Positions 45,445-60,797 of a DNA stretch of 64,000 nucleotides are shown here, one piece after another. The position numbers and the translations under genes were made by a program. The notes under the pieces are model-generated. The model was not told the DNA's origin. It saw only the letters and a list, made by a program, of their open reading frames with translations, and did not search any database. Numbering within the stretch: position 1 is the stretch's first letter; each line of letters begins with the position of its first letter. Location: the NCBI RefSeq assembly GCF_009914755.1, contig NC_060931.1. One strand, given 5' to 3'. This DNA comes from the human T2T-CHM13v2.0 reference genome, Homo sapiens.

Positions 45445-46004
45445 CTTTTTAAATTATTATTATACTTTAAGTTCTGGGGTACATGTGCAGAACGTGCAGG
45501 TTTGTTACACAGGTATACACGTGCCACGGTGGTTTGCTGCACCCACCAACCCGTCATCTACATTAGGTATCTCTCCTAATGCTCTCCCTCCCCTAACAGG
45601 CCCACCAACAGGCCCGGATGTGTGGTGTTCTCCTCCCTGTGTCCATGTCTTCTCATTGTTCAACTCCCACTTACGAGTGAGAACCTGCAGTGTTTGGTTT
45701 TCTGTTCCTGTGATAGTTTGCTGAGAATGATGGTTTCCAGCTTCATCCATGTCCCTGCAAAGGACATGAACTCATCCTTTTTTATGGCTTCATAGTATTC
45801 CATGGTGTATATGTGCCACATTTTGTTTATCCAGTCTATCAGTGATAGGCATTTGGGTTGGTTCCAAGTCTTTGCTATTATGAACAGTGCTGCAATAAAC
45901 ATACGTGTGCATGTGTCTTTATAGCAGAATGATTTATAGTCCTTTGGGTATATACCCAGTAATGGGATTGCTGGGTCAAATGGTATTTCTGGTTCTAGAT
46001 CCTT
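45445..46004 (-). mobile_element. 5'-truncated L1PA 3' end (~560 bp)
   Basis: tatactttaagttctggggtacatgtgcag. ORF 45660..45902 is the ORF2p C-terminus (MFIAALFIIAKTWNQPKC...ETIILSKLSQEQKTKH). Confidence 0.92.
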
Positions 46005-46926
46005 AGTCCCTTTGGAGGAAAAGAAATGAACCCATTCTTACCACCAACCACCATGTTGCACATGACAAACAGAAAATCAAAAATTAAGTGTTACAGTAAC
46101 TGAAACCAAGGAAAACCTTTCTTGTCTTAACACTCAACTACAAAAGCATACCTCCCCCCTCGCCCAGATGAAATGGAAACACTTTAATGGAAGGGTTATT
46201 TCCATTCTAAAAGTTACTTTATACAAGGAAAAGGAAAAAGCCCTAGACCCAACTTCGCAGGCTTCACAGCCCCTCACACTGTCAGCATCCCTTTCCTGGT
46301 GCTTGAAAACATAAGAAATAAATTAGAGAGCAAACCACAACAAAGTCGGTTTGAAGCCTCTCAGCCATGCCTACGACAAACCATTTCTCAGTGTGACAGG
46401 TACTGTTATTACCAACACACAATCCAATTTTCTCTGAGAAAATGACATGGTTGAGAGTCTGCCTCTCATTCCTAAAATGTATTCAGCAGGAGTCTTGATG
46501 GGAGATTAAACACAAGGAGACGTCCCCCGAGCAGCTGAGGGGCGGGATCAGGAGAGAAGAGACTGTCCCCACTTATTTTCTTAGTACCCCTTCTCTAACT
46601 TTAGCTAGCTTGCTTGCATCAAAGTAAAACTGGTTTTCTAACTAGTCTTTTATGAGGATTAAAACGTTGTCTGAGCTTATTATTTTTCAACTCAAGTGAC
46701 TATCCAGAACTACTATGATGGCTTAAATGTGGCTTACAGGCGTCACTTGCTTTGGTTTCTTATCACCTATGCTTGTTTCACCTTCAGAGTGAGGAAAAAG
46801 CAGAAAAAAAGAGAAACGTGAAATTACCAATAAATGTATTCTTTCCATCTCATCTCAAAGTAAAGCAACAGTGCTTACTCTAATAATTCTGTACCTCAGA
46901 AATATATACATTTAGCCTAATAGTGT

Positions 46927-47251
46927 CTTTTTTGTGTGTTTTTTTGGTTTTTTTTTTTTTTTTTTGAGACAAGGTCTCACTCTGTCACCCAGGTGGGACT
47001 ACAGTGGTGCAATCCTAACTCCCTGTAGCCTCCACCTCCCAGGCTCAAGCAATCCTGCTGCCTCAGTCTCCCAAGTAGCTGAGACTACAGGTGCATCCAA
47101 CACATCCAGCTAATTTTTTAAATTTTTCTTTTGTAGAGATGGGGTCTTGCTATGTCAACCAGGCTGGTTTCCAGCTCCTGGTCTTAAACAATCCTCCTTC
47201 CTCAGCCCCCTAAAGTGCTGGGATTACACACATGAGCCATGAAGGCCGGCC
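46927..47251 (-). mobile_element. AluJ
   Basis: Diverged antisense Alu. Confidence 0.9.
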
Positions 47252-47540
47252 TGCATTCTTAATCAATTTCCACAAGGAAGAGTAAGTAAACATTTTTCTA
47301 AGAAATAAAGAAAAGATGTCATAAATAATAACATTTTAACATTTTAAAATAAAATCCCTTTACTTACAGAAAAGAAGCAGATTATCCCACACAACAGTCT
47401 GAAAGAAAGCTCTCATCAGCGAATCTAGCACAGACAAAACATTTTAAAATGCCCTATTCATCTAATACTGTTTTCAAAGTAATGACAGAAATAGCATACA
47501 TCACTGCTTTATTTCACTGCTTATAGAGCACAGACCAACC

Positions 47541-47825
<285 letters not shown>

Positions 47826-48469
47826 TAACATGACTTCCTAAAATCAGATTCTGAACTCAAGGTTTGTTTACTTTCGCAGTTTAACAAATATTTACTGAGC
47901 CTATCTTTTGAAATCCTTCCTTCAGTAAGATTATAGAGTTGGTCTTCAAATCTAAAGTCAAACCCCCCAGACAGCAGACAAAGGCCCCTCAGGTCTCACC
48001 CCAACCTGTACCCCCGCCCTCCGGCCTCCACATCTCTGTGGTCTTGCAGACTCTGAGCATCTCTGAGGGATGTCTCTAGTGCCTGGAAAGCCCTCACTCA
48101 CCACCTCACCAGCCTGGCAACCCCTCCTTCCCTGACTCCTCTGTGAGAGCGCAAAGCCCCCAGGCCCCATAGCCTGCCGTGCATCTCGTTCACCAGGTCA
48201 GCAGCATTTACTGAGCACCTCGCATGGGCCAGGAGTGTTCTAAGCACCACGGGTCAGCAATGAATCTGACATATCAAAATGGTCGCCCTCTTGAGATGTG
48301 TTTCAGGTAGGGAGACAGAACTATTAAGTATAAATAACTAAAATATATAGCAAATTAGGAGATGAATGTTATGGAGAAAAAAATAAAGCAAGGCTGGGCA
48401 AAATGACGTGGGAAAAAGCGCCGAGGTGCAGTCTAGAGCAGGGTGGTCAGGACGCCTCACTAGAAGATG

Positions 48470-48806
48470 GCATTTATTGCACTTCGCCCATAATGTGTTT
48501 GTTACCAACTGAAGGTTTGAGGAAACGGCACCAAGCAGGTCTGTCAGCGCCATTTTCCCAAAAGCACACGCTCACTTCGTGTCTCTGTATCAGCATATTT
48601 TAGCAATAACATATTTTTTAAATGAAGGTATGTACACTGGTTTTTTAGACATAATGCTATTATACACTTAAACCATAATATAGTGCAAACATAGCCTTCA
48701 TGTGCACCAGGAAACCAAAAAATGTGTGTGGCTCACTTCATTGCACCATTCACTTCACTGGGATGGTCCGAAACTGAACCCACAAAATCTCCAAGTTATG
48801 CCTGTA
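48470..48806. mobile_element. Internally deleted Tigger1
   Basis: The left part matches one recalled Tigger1 end (tgaaggtttg...gctcacttcgtgtctctgt). The right part matches the other (tagacataatgctatt...ggaaaccaaaaaat...tatgcctgta). Confidence 0.75.
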
Positions 48807-49685
48807 GTAATATCTATCACATATCAAGTACTACACTTCAGCCTGTGTAAGGGTGACCTAATAATTCCATGAGACGCTTACGCCTGGCCCATCCTGCACC
48901 TGAGGACGCAGGGGCTGGGGAATGAGTGCAGTCACGATGCTAGGAAGCGGCTCAGCCCACGTGGAGACCCACGCAGCTTGGCCCTGACGCCTATACTCTT
49001 AACCACGACAAACTAAAAATAATACTGCTCAAAACGCTTCCCACAAAAGCCAAAAGCCAATATGATCGATTCTAAAAAAAACACTTAATTCAGAAAACAA
49101 AGTGATCCCTTATCACTTTTGATACAGTGTGAGAAATCAGCAGATCTCCTGGATGACGTTCTGGCGGTCAGCAGTCTTCTGGACACTTTCCGGACACCAG
49201 CCCACAGTCATTCCCTCCCACAGCCCACTCAGAACTGCAACTGGAAATCCAAACGCATTCAAAAACTGGCTAAGGCAGGTCAGCATTTTAGCCAGAAAGT
49301 ATCTGCTTCACTCAAGCCAGCAGATTCTCAAATCACAATCATTTGACTCAAAAAGCACCATTAGTTACAGACTCCTGTGTATGCCAGATTATGCCAGAAA
49401 AGCATACATGTCCTGGTAATGCAATAAATCTTGACCTAAGCTAGAAGAGTGTCAAAAACCTAAATACAGAAAAAAGAGTGGGTATCGAAACAGACACAGC
49501 ATGGAGCATCAGGCCTCATTACAAATCATGTTTTTAAAGAATTTCAGTCGCTTAAGAAAGGGCTCACAACATAATGCTGTTAATACATAGCATATGAAAC
49601 ATAAATACAAGAGGACATATCTATCCACCTATTTACAGTTCATGAAAATAAAAGGGAAAGATGAAGTAATAACATAAACAGCGAC

Positions 49686-49990
49686 AACCAGGCGCGGTGG
49701 CTCACACTTGTAATCCCAGCACTTCGGGAGGCCGAGGCAGGCAGATCACCTGAGGTCAGGAGTTCGAGACCAGCCTGGCCAACATGGCGAAACCCCGTCT
49801 CTACTAAAAATACAAAAATCAGCCAGGCGTGGTGGCGGGCACCTGTAATCCCAGCTACTTCGGAGGCTGAGGCTGGAGAATTGCTTGAATCCAGGAGGCA
49901 GAGGTTGCAGTCACTGGAGATTACACCACTGCACTCCAGGCTGGGTGACAAGAGCGAAAACTCTGTCTCAAAAAAAAAACAAAACAAAAA
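49686..49990 (+). mobile_element. AluS
   Basis: Full Alu with TSD AAACAGCGAC. Confidence 0.95.
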
Positions 49991-51137
49991 CAGCGACTAC
50001 AAAGGAGTAACTTCTCCTTTGTAAAAGTGTTTTTTACATCTCAAATTTTCTAAATTGAACATGAATTTTAGATTGGAAATCATGCACTCTGCTCATCTGT
50101 AGAGTCTAAGTTCTCTTCGGTGCACCTCTGACCACCCTCCTCCCTTCAACCCCGTCTCACGGCACACCTTGCTTCCCACCCGGGGTCAGCCACCGTCTAT
50201 TTATTCAGTTCACTATATCGACTGAATTTCTCAATAGCCCGCAACCTTACCTTGCCGGATAAATGTATATTTTATGATGCCAAATAAAAATCTCCATTTT
50301 AAACCACCTCTGCAGATGGAAAGGCCCTGTCTTTATGCTGGTAAAAGAATGTCACAGCACATACCATTATAAACGCCACACGTAACCCATTCATCTCCTG
50401 AAATTTATGTCAGAAAGATTGGAAATAAAATCTATATTAACAGCAAGTGCTTAATATCAAATGCGGTATTAAAAATAACAAAAATTTTCATTCCTGTAAT
50501 ACTAAGAGGCTCTCTTAACTCCATTTAACAGACACACAGTGCCACCTATCAGCCATCCTCTGTAACTGCAGGTGCAAGGTAAAGAACCGCTCATAGACAT
50601 GCCTTCCCCTCTCCCTGCTATTTACATGCCAAAGACCACCACAGGTTAAGAGGACAGCCCTATTAGAAGCCCCTGCTGTTTCTATATTGTGTTCTTGAAA
50701 AGTTTTACTTCCTTAGGAACTGGAGCTTTTTACTGCTGAACTGAACCCAGAGATTGCAATCCCAGCGAAGTCTGAACAAATCTATGTCTAAAATACGGGC
50801 TGTTATGATACCCAACAGTGTCCTAGGAGAAATCCAAGCCAATCTCCAGGTCCAGCCCTCAACAGCCGCCTGATGGGAAGAGACATAACAATTAATGGCA
50901 AATTTCTTACAAGGATTACCCACACGTCTTCTTTCCTCTAACTACCTCCTCTTCGGCCTGCAACTGCTGTGATTTGGCCTCTGCCCAGCTTCTCTCACAA
51001 GGCTGCTCACCCCTGTGTGGTGAACCCAAGGGCTACCTCTTGACCCTCATCCTGTGTGACCTCTCAGTGCCACTTAACAGGGCCCCCTGGCTTCTAGAGT
51101 TTTCTTTCTCTTCTCAGGCGACTCCTTCTTGACTTCC

Positions 51138-51629
51138 GTGACAGTTAATTTTGTGTGTCAACTTGGCCAGGGCACAGCACCCAGTGATTTAACCAGACAC
51201 TAACCGAGGTGTTGCTGTCAGGGTGTTTTGTGGATGTGGTCAACATTAAGGAAAGATGACCCTCTATAATGTGGTTGGGCCTCATCCAGTCAGCTGAAGA
51301 TCTCAAGAACAAAAACTGAGATTTCCTCGAGAAGGAATTCATTTCCCCGAGAAGGAATTCTGCCTGAGTTTCCAGCCTGCCAGCCTTCCTACAAATTTTG
51401 GACTTGCCAGCCTGAAAGCAAGCCAATTCCTTACATTTTATAGATAATGTAGAGATAGAAATAGTGGCCAGGTGTGGTGGCTCACATCTGTAATTCCAGC
51501 ACTTTGGGAGGCTCGAGCCCAGGAGTTCGAGACCAGCTTGGTCAACACAGCAAGACCCCATCTCTTAAAAGAAAAAGAGATCGTGAGATACCCGCTATTG
51601 GTTCTGTTTCTAAAGAGCCCTGACTAACA
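51138..51629 (+). mobile_element. MLT2 (ERVL) solo LTR with an Alu monomer inserted at ~51466-51575, nested in L2
   Basis: Starts gttaattttgtgtgtcaacttgg and ends ctattggttctgtttct...ccctgactaaca. Confidence 0.8.
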
Positions 51630-53280
51630 ATCTCTCTGCCCTTCTTTCTCTGCTCATCCTTAAAAGCCTGACCTTTCTGCTGGTTCAGGCTAAGGCCGTC
51701 TTGTCCTCACCTGTTACTCTCCCTTGGTGACATCCATTTGCAGACCTTTCATTTCTGTGAGCACACCTTTGGTCCTCAAATCTCTATGTCTGGCCCAGAC
51801 CTGCAAAGCCTCCAACCTACAAATGCAACTCAACATCTCCACCAAACTAGATCTAGTCTTCCGCTGCCTCAGAAGGGTGCCCCGCTCCTGTATCTCCTGT
51901 CAGTAAATGACCCCCCACCCTCCTAGATAAGCAGCAAGAACCCTGAACCTTTTCCTCCCACTTGTCAAGCTCTCACCTATGCTCTGGAGCCTCTCTCCTC
52001 TCCCGGCTTCCTCCATGAGCCACCTACAGCCACTTCCCAATACAGGCACTGTCCTGCCTCTGCGTGGTTCTACAGTGGCCTTCCTAAATCCAGTCTCCAT
52101 CTCCAATCCACATCCCCTGGTGCAGCCCAAGCACTTTTCTAGAACTTAAGTTGGGTCACATTACACTCCTGCAGAAAATTGTCAACGCCCTCAGGATAAA
52201 ATCTAACTCCATGCGAGGCCCCTCCAGGTGGATATGCCTGTCTTTCCTCGGAGCCCCAGTTGGCAATGTTGGCCCCTGTGCCTTCCCCATAAGCCCTGTG
52301 TAATCTGGCCCCAAGCACATCCCAGGCTTCACACTCCCCATTCCCACATTCAAACATGAGGTCCAGGGAGGCTAAATTCCCTCCAGACCCACAGGATCGC
52401 GCTACTCTCCTTCACCCTAGTGCTGCAACACAGATCCTGCTGCTGGAAAACCCTTCCCCTCCCATGCTGCATTCCCTGAACTGACCAGGTCACACCAGCC
52501 TTCACTCCGACCTGAGTTGATCTGAGTCGTCCTGTAGGATGGCCGTCAGCCACATATGGCAATTTTAACTCACAAAAGTTAAAGTTTAAAAGGCTGTTCC
52601 TCAGCTGCACCAGTCACATTTCAGGGGCTCAGTGGCCACCCTGGGCAGCACAGAGACAGACACTGCCATCACCACTGAGCACCATTGGAGAGCACGGACT
52701 CGGATTCTCATACTCCTGTCCACACGGAGGCCCACCCTGGGCTCTTGCGGCTCTCCCAGCACAGCCCTGACATGCCCTGGCTGCTCAGCACCCGCGGTGG
52801 GACCTGGCGCTCTGCAGGTGCTCACTGACATTACTCGATGTTGCCACAGTGGCAGAGCTCCGCCATCCACATCTCCACCGGCCTCCCACGGCAACAGGTG
52901 TCTTAATGTTCTTGTGAGCTGGGCAAGTCAATGTCCAATTTCCAGTTGTTAACATCAGCCTTCCCTTCCCACTAAGACAAAATCATGCCATTTGGGGATT
53001 TATCAACAGGAAGCATCAAATAGAAGTTATGAGGGATATTAGTGTGGAACTGGGGCTAAAAGAGCAGAGCTCTGGAACCTTCTCTGCCCACTAGCCTGAC
53101 CAAACCAGAGCAGCTACCTTTTTATCTGTTCACATATTATACTTCAACCAGGACTTCATCTGAATAAAATACCTATTTGAAAAGACAAAAAAACCAATGA
53201 TATGTATTTTTTTCTGATTTTCTCTCTTCAAATACTAAAGGTATTTAAACATACTCTTAAACATTAAAAATTAAAAATAG

Positions 53281-53579
<299 letters not shown>

Positions 53580-54717
53580 TTATTTTATATCTATAACCCA
53601 TTTACCCTGCAACATGCTTCTCTAGTTTAAAATGCATTCACATAATTATATATATTCAATTCAAGCAATTTGTTACAGAAAAATCAATCCCTTTGCTATA
53701 GCAGGATGTATTTACATCTGCTTCACAAACTTCATGAAGAGTTTTTAACAACTCCCAACCCACTGCTGGATCCAGACTGCTGGAGCAGGCTAAAGATATT
53801 TTATTGCTGGTCCCACCCTCCCTCCTAGGTTTGTTTCCCACTACCTTCCCCACCACCGTAGGCTCTGGCCAAAACAGGCACCGCAGGCATCTGCCCACTC
53901 TCCTTCTATCTGCGCTCATTATCTTCCCTCCACCTGGCCTGTCCACCCACCCCCAGCTCTGCAGGCCAAGCTCTCAGACTCAGCTCAGATGGCAGCTTCT
54001 CAAAGCCTTTCTTGATCCCCTCTAATTAAATGCAATCTGCCCCTTCTCTCAATTACCATAATTTGCATGATTCACTTTAATGACATTTAGCTTGTAGTGG
54101 TTCCCATTAGAGTTATTTCCGTATTTTTAGCTTTTTTATAAGCTCTTGAAGACAAGAACCGAATCATCTCGTACATACTTAAATCCCCTAATTTAACAAC
54201 AGTGTCTTGTACCTAGTAGGTACTCAAGTACCTCCTGAATAGAACTGAGAAGTAGAAAGACATCCATTACATTACAAAGCAATTCAAATTGGCTTCCCCC
54301 TCAAGTAAAGCGTGCAAGTTACTAAACACTGGCTGATCCAAGAGTGGGCTGGCGCTGATGGCGGTTCTCAGGTTAGAAGCACATTAGAGTCACCTGGGAA
54401 GCTTTTACCATCCAGGTGTCCAGGCTCCACCCAGCCCAAGCCCAATTACATCAGAATCTCCCAGGGTGGGACCCAGACTCCGGTCCATTTTACAGCTCCT
54501 GGATGAAGCCCACGGTGGGCCCAGGCTGATTTTCACCTGCTCTCACACGGAGGCTTCCCCGCAGGCCCCACCCCTGTCATTCCTGGAGGCGGAACACATA
54601 AAGCAGATGTGTAAATACCCTTCTCATCTACACATCAGACGGAAATAAAAATCGGACAGATGATGGCTACTTTCATCTAAAAAAACTGTTTTGCTTGTTT
54701 AAAGATTCTGAATTTTT

Positions 54718-55055
54718 AGTCAAACTCACAGAAGCAGAGAGTGGAATGGCAGTTACCAGGTGCTGCGGAGTGGGGAGATGTTAGTCAAAGGGAACAAACT
54801 TGCAGTCAGAAGATGGGCAAGCTCTGAAGGCCTAATTCCAGCATGGTGAGTACAGTTAGGAAGAGGGTACGGTGTAGTGGAAATCTGCTGAGAGAGGAAT
54901 CTTACATATTCTCACTGCACACATTGAAAAAGGTAGCTGTGTGAGGTGATGGATGTCTTCATTAGCTTGATTGTGGTAAGCATTCCACGATGTACATACC
55001 TGTATCAAATCATCACACTGTGCACCTTAAATATGCACAATTTTCCTGCTCTTGA

Positions 55056-55087
<32 letters not shown>

Positions 55088-55175
55088 CACACACACACAA
55101 TTTTTACTTGTCAATATACCTCAAAAATATACCTATTAAGTACTCATAAAAATTAAAAATTATATTTCAATAAAG
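54718..55175 (+). mobile_element. L1MA-like 3'UTR with an internal (TG)n(TA)n(CA)n microsatellite
   Basis: cacagaagcagagagtggaatggcagttaccagg...gtgaggtgatggatg...atcaaatcatcacactgtgcacc. Confidence 0.75.
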
Positions 55176-56034
55176 CTAGGAGAAAAAAGCCCCACTGGCC
55201 CAGACGAGCGCCTCAAGGCGCAGGTGTGGCAGAGGGAGAGAGACGACCTCTTCTGAAGCCAAAAGCACATCTTCAGGGCACCCACTCTGTTGGTCTATGT
55301 GGCTAGCACAGCTGACCAAATGAGGCTGTGGAACCAGTGAAAGCACACAGGTAGCCGAGGTCAGGAATCGGCACCATCACTCCTGGAGAGAGGGCGTCTT
55401 ACCCGGCAAGAGTGACCCAGCAGGTTGGAAGCACTGCATAGTGAACCAAGAGGAAAGGCACACCCCTAAGACACAGGAATGCGCGGCCGTCCAGAGAAAG
55501 GTGACTGCGTGCTCTGCAGAAGTATTTGCAGCATGTCTTCTAACCAGAACAGTGTTTTAGAATTATTTTTAAAAACCCACAGACCTACTGATCTGTGCAC
55601 TTGCTAACACAGACGATTCGGGGCATGCTCTCCACCGCACTAAGGAGCAGGAGTTACAGAAGGGAGCGTAGCAGGGAGTGCACCGAGCAGGAGCGAACCT
55701 CGTCAGTGCAGCTTCACTGCTCAGACACTGCTTCTGGAGGGACCCTACTCCATCCCACACAGCGAGAGTCCGTCTGGGAGGGCTGACGGCTTCCAGAAAC
55801 CAAGTCAGCAGGAGCCCTAGAGTAGTGTGTGACTCTACCCTGGGCTGTGAGCAGAGCTCGGCAGTGACTCTTCCACAGTCTTTCCTAAAGGCAGCACTGA
55901 CTTGCTGAGGAACTAGCAAAGGCCACGCCTCAACATGCCCCGCCTGAGGAGGGTCCGCAGATAATTATCACAGGCCAACCCGGACAGTATTAGAATGAGG
56001 CTTCCATAAGTAACTCCTCACATGTCTACAACAG

Positions 56035-56207
56035 GCTCTCTCCTGCTTTTGTAAATAAAACTTTATAGGAACCCAGCCACTCCTAGTCGTTCAACACGGT
56101 CTTCGGCTGCTCTGGCAGAACTGAATAAATGCAGCACAGACCATACGGCCTGCAGAGCCAAAATGATTCACCATCTGGCCCTTTACAGAAAAAGTTGGCC
56201 AACTCCC
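56035..56207. mobile_element. MER58-like fragment
   Basis: ttttgtaaataaaacttta...ctggccctttacagaaaaagttggccaac. Confidence 0.7.
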
Positions 56208-56939
56208 GGTCTCATATCACCATGGGGAAAAAAAACACTACAGCAGCTGTTACCTGGCAGGCTAACGCACAGAAACGGGCATTCTTAGGCCTCAATATTA
56301 AACTTCAACTTAGTCATCAAGACCCATACTTTGGAAAGAAGTCCCTTTCTTCGTGGCTACATGAGAGGCAGTGGTGCCCACCAAACATTCTATCACCCTC
56401 CCGCTTCCAGTGCCCGGTGGAGGCTGGCCCACGTGACGGCCCGGGGAGGAGGGGTGGAATGGCGCACCAGCTGTCTCCTCCCCGGCAGCGGGGACCTGAG
56501 GCGATGTGTTCCAGAAGGGCAGCCACAACACGGTGGTGGAGCCTACTGCCGACCACACCAGACGTGAACCACGTGCAAAGAAATAAACCTTTGCTGCTAA
56601 ACACTGAGATTTTGGATTAATTTTTATCGTAACATATTCTGGTCTACTCTAACTTAGGTGGCAAAGGAGGTGACCTCCTTTGTGTCTCTCCTTTCCCACA
56701 ACGGGGTATAGAGTTCAGCTATGTGACAAACGAGAAAGCATGGCCAGCCCCAGGACATTCAATCCTTCCACCTCTCAATCCTACATGAATTCTCTATCAC
56801 TTGCAAGGCACTCATAACACTGGAGAGGTCCTGTTCAAAAAAACCAAGACGGCTGAGGGAAGACAGGATTTATTCTGCACAAACTTGACAGCCAGGGCCA
56901 AGCTACACCCTTCTGAAAGCCACAGAGAAGAAATGATTA

Positions 56940-57186
<247 letters not shown>

Positions 57187-58493
57187 TCAAAGATGCGGGA
57201 AACGGGCTTAAAAGCCAACCGTGCCACTTGGCAGCCACATGATCTCACCTAGCACATAACCCAGGCGCCTTTCGCCACCTTTTCCCAACTCTGGGGCTCA
57301 GTGTCATTATCTACTAAATAAGGGGCTCCATCTACATGGTCTCCAAGACCATCTCTGCTCCAAAACTTCTATAAAGTCCAGGGAGCTAAACTGTCAAACA
57401 AGAAAATTCCCACCCCGTGAGGAGCAATCTGTAACTGCTGGCAGTTTCCTCTGCTTTATGATGGGATTAAGATTGAACAGTGTTCCCTGCTGCTGCTTTC
57501 ACTGATGAGGAGACACAGCTAATGTCAGGCGGGATTGAAGTGGGAAGGACATGACCCGCTAGCTTTCTTCATTTGCATACTCCAGTCTCTTTCTAGTTCC
57601 CCTTTCTTTGTATTTTGTATTAGACAAGTGTTTAAGAATATGCAGCAAAAACTGAACTGTAATTTGTTTACACCCTCAAAAGTTATCTAAACAGAAAAAA
57701 ATTTTAATTATAAAAAAATCTTAACAGTAAAATTTCAAACAACTTTAAAACACAAAATGGAGAAAGTAAAAGTTATCCATCATTCCACCCCAAAGATATT
57801 TTATTTACTTTAAGAGTTTAGCATACATAATTCAAAAAATACGCAAACTATATATTTTATATAAAATGAAATATATGTAAATTTTACAAGTTCCTTTTTC
57901 ACTTCATATATACTATAGCTATCTTTTCATCTGAATTTATATTGATTTACCTCATTCTTTTTAAAAGCTACATAGTATTCCACGGCACAGGTGACACAAT
58001 GCTGAGTGCTGTCAGTTGAGCCTGATTCTCTTCTCTGTACAATTCAGCGACCTGAGTCTGAGTAAGGCGAGTGAGTCATGCCACTGAGCTGACGGCGCGA
58101 CTCACTCAAGCAAAGACTGATTAAAGGTGCAGGAAGGCTAATTGCCCATCACCTCCTGCTCACCATCTCAGGCTGTCAGTAGGATTTCTTTTTACTCAAT
58201 AATCATATAGACTAGATTTTCCTCATTCCAGGTTTCAAAATTCCCTGAAATCTAAGAATTTTGAAAAAAATCATAATAATACATGAGCATATTCTATCTG
58301 ACTGTCCCATTTTGGGCTCTAACCTCTATGTGATGACACCACATTGGCACCAAACCCAAATATGCATGAAACGAAACCAATGGAATTCACGGAAAGCATG
58401 GAGGAGGGCATCACTCTTACTTTCCATCGATATTTGTGGCTAAAACTGTCCACCTTAAAATATATCTTGTCAGATAAAAATAAAATATATTTA

Positions 58494-58828
<335 letters not shown>

Positions 58829-59009
58829 TTCTAGTTAACTGAGTCATATTTCCATTTTCTCTTACAATTATATTGTCTTTAACAAATCCTATGAAACAGA
58901 AGGTGAAACAGGGATATTTACTAGTAATAGACAGTAATACCGTCTTCTAAGAATTATGGGCCTTTAATTGTGGAATGAAATCAAAGTACCTTACCCAGGC
59001 AGCTCATAC

Positions 59010-59102
59010 CTTATACAGCGGACGCCGCACATCGATGGGGCAGTTCTGTATTACTTCATCAACAACATCTGAGATGGACTCCATAGAGTCTGGGTTGGCA
59101 AA
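59010..59102 (-). CDS. ACTR3C: ACTR3C internal coding exon (93 nt, [31 protein letters not shown])
   Basis: Manual translation gives the Arp3 [14 protein letters not shown] motif. Acceptor ttcag|TTT, donor AAG|gtatga. NPDS rather than NPDF matches my recollection of ACTR3C versus ACTR3B. Confidence 0.95.
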
Positions 59103-60623
59103 CTGAATTGTATATCAATATAAAAGAAACATTACACATTTCTCTCAAATAGAACAACATGAACACTCCTTTAAAGTAACTTTAACAAATATACAATTTA
59201 TTATAACTTAAAAGAATTCACATTGGAATGAAGGATATGTCAAATGAATCCCATGTGACTACGTGTGCGTGGGGTGGTGATGACACATTTCTCCTCATGA
59301 GGTAAAATGTATGGATTTAGTGAAGAAAAAATACCAACAACATCACAGACAGACCACCCCCACCCCATGAATACACAGTGATTCAGTCTACTAAGAGCAG
59401 TGGAGAGTATGTGCACGATCTACGTGACACGCAGTGAGAAACATGACTTTGACATATCATTTGACAATATTCGTATTATGAGAAAATTAGGATATAAGGA
59501 AAAAGAAACAGGTTCAATGAAAGATTAATTAAACCTGGTCTAGAAGATGCAGGGAAGTGTTTTGTTTAATGAGAAGGGTTTGTTTAACATGAAACAATCC
59601 ACATGATAATCATGTTATTGAATAAACAGCCATAGATTCAATTCCATAAGTTAAATAAGCTAAAGTATAACGAATTCAACTCAATTACATTTCATTTGAA
59701 ATATTTTAAAAATCAAAGTAAGCTTGAATGTGCACTCTCAGAGGAAGGAGGAGGATATTCAGTTGCTCACCAGCTGTTCACTGGACATTTGACTGTTCTA
59801 TGTCCATTTCAAATCAATACTATTAAAAGTGAGCATTCACTAGATTATCATTGTTATTATTTTATTCTTCAGATTACTAGCGAGGAACACATTCTATGCT
59901 ATTTCTCTGTACAAAATAGTCATATACACATCTAAAAACAAACAGCAGTTTGTAACCCACCTACTGAATATAAACTGAATTAGCCAGGAATATATACCAA
60001 AATATAAATAAAATGCATTATATGTAAATCTTAAAATGTGCCTCCTAATTACTGCTTTCTGCAAAAGTACTAATAATTCCTTATGACTACTAGTTAAAAT
60101 GATGACATTTCTAATTCTTAAGATTATCTAAATAATAGAAATGCTGGCCTTAGACAGAAGCTTTACCTAACTTGCAGCAGGGAACAGAGCAGGACCAACT
60201 GTCCAGGGTTAAAATTAGAAGTTAGGAAGGGCAATCACCAAAGATAGAAAGGTTACATATTATCCCACTCTTATGCACAGGCAACCTCCATACAGGCCTT
60301 GAGAGTAGCTACTTGTAATGCTAGCATGTGACCACCCACAACCCTTGGAGATTACTTTTAATTCTATTATCATCTATCGCTCCTAAAAGTCTTCCTAACT
60401 ATTTGTGGTATAACCCATCCTTAACTATTAAAACAGATAACCAGCTCTACGGAGAGGCAAACTGAACAATCTGTCAAGCAGACAAACTGCATGGGGGATG
60501 CAGAGAGACCGAATGACGGCCACCCTGCTCACAGGCCCTTCGCTGGGAACTGCTCTTTCTACACTCTGGGTGGCAGTATCGCTCCATCCCACACTTGAGC
60601 ACACAAAAAAAGAAACACCTTAC

Positions 60624-60797
60624 CTCCGGGTGAAAGAATATTTCAGGTCCCAGGAATCTTTCGTAACCAACGTCTATAACAAACTTCTTCTGGTTGATCG
60701 CATTGATACCCGTGTACTGTTTGATCCACTTCTGGGGATCCACATCATACTTGGCAAATTCCTTGACTATATCGGGGCAAATGTAACAGTATTTCTC
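60624..60797 (-). CDS. ACTR3C: ACTR3C internal coding exon (174 nt, [58 protein letters not shown])
   Basis: Core of ORF 60474..60809. Contains the Arp3 motifs KEKYCY and [10 protein letters not shown]. Acceptor tgcag|GAG, donor GAG|gtaagg, phase 0/0. Confidence 0.96.

Noticed and set aside
57313-57333. Possible nearby alternative last exon (tag|ATG GAG CCC CTT ATT TAG, MEPLI*)
   Set aside because: It has no polypyrimidine tract, lies in MIR-like sequence, and has no other support.
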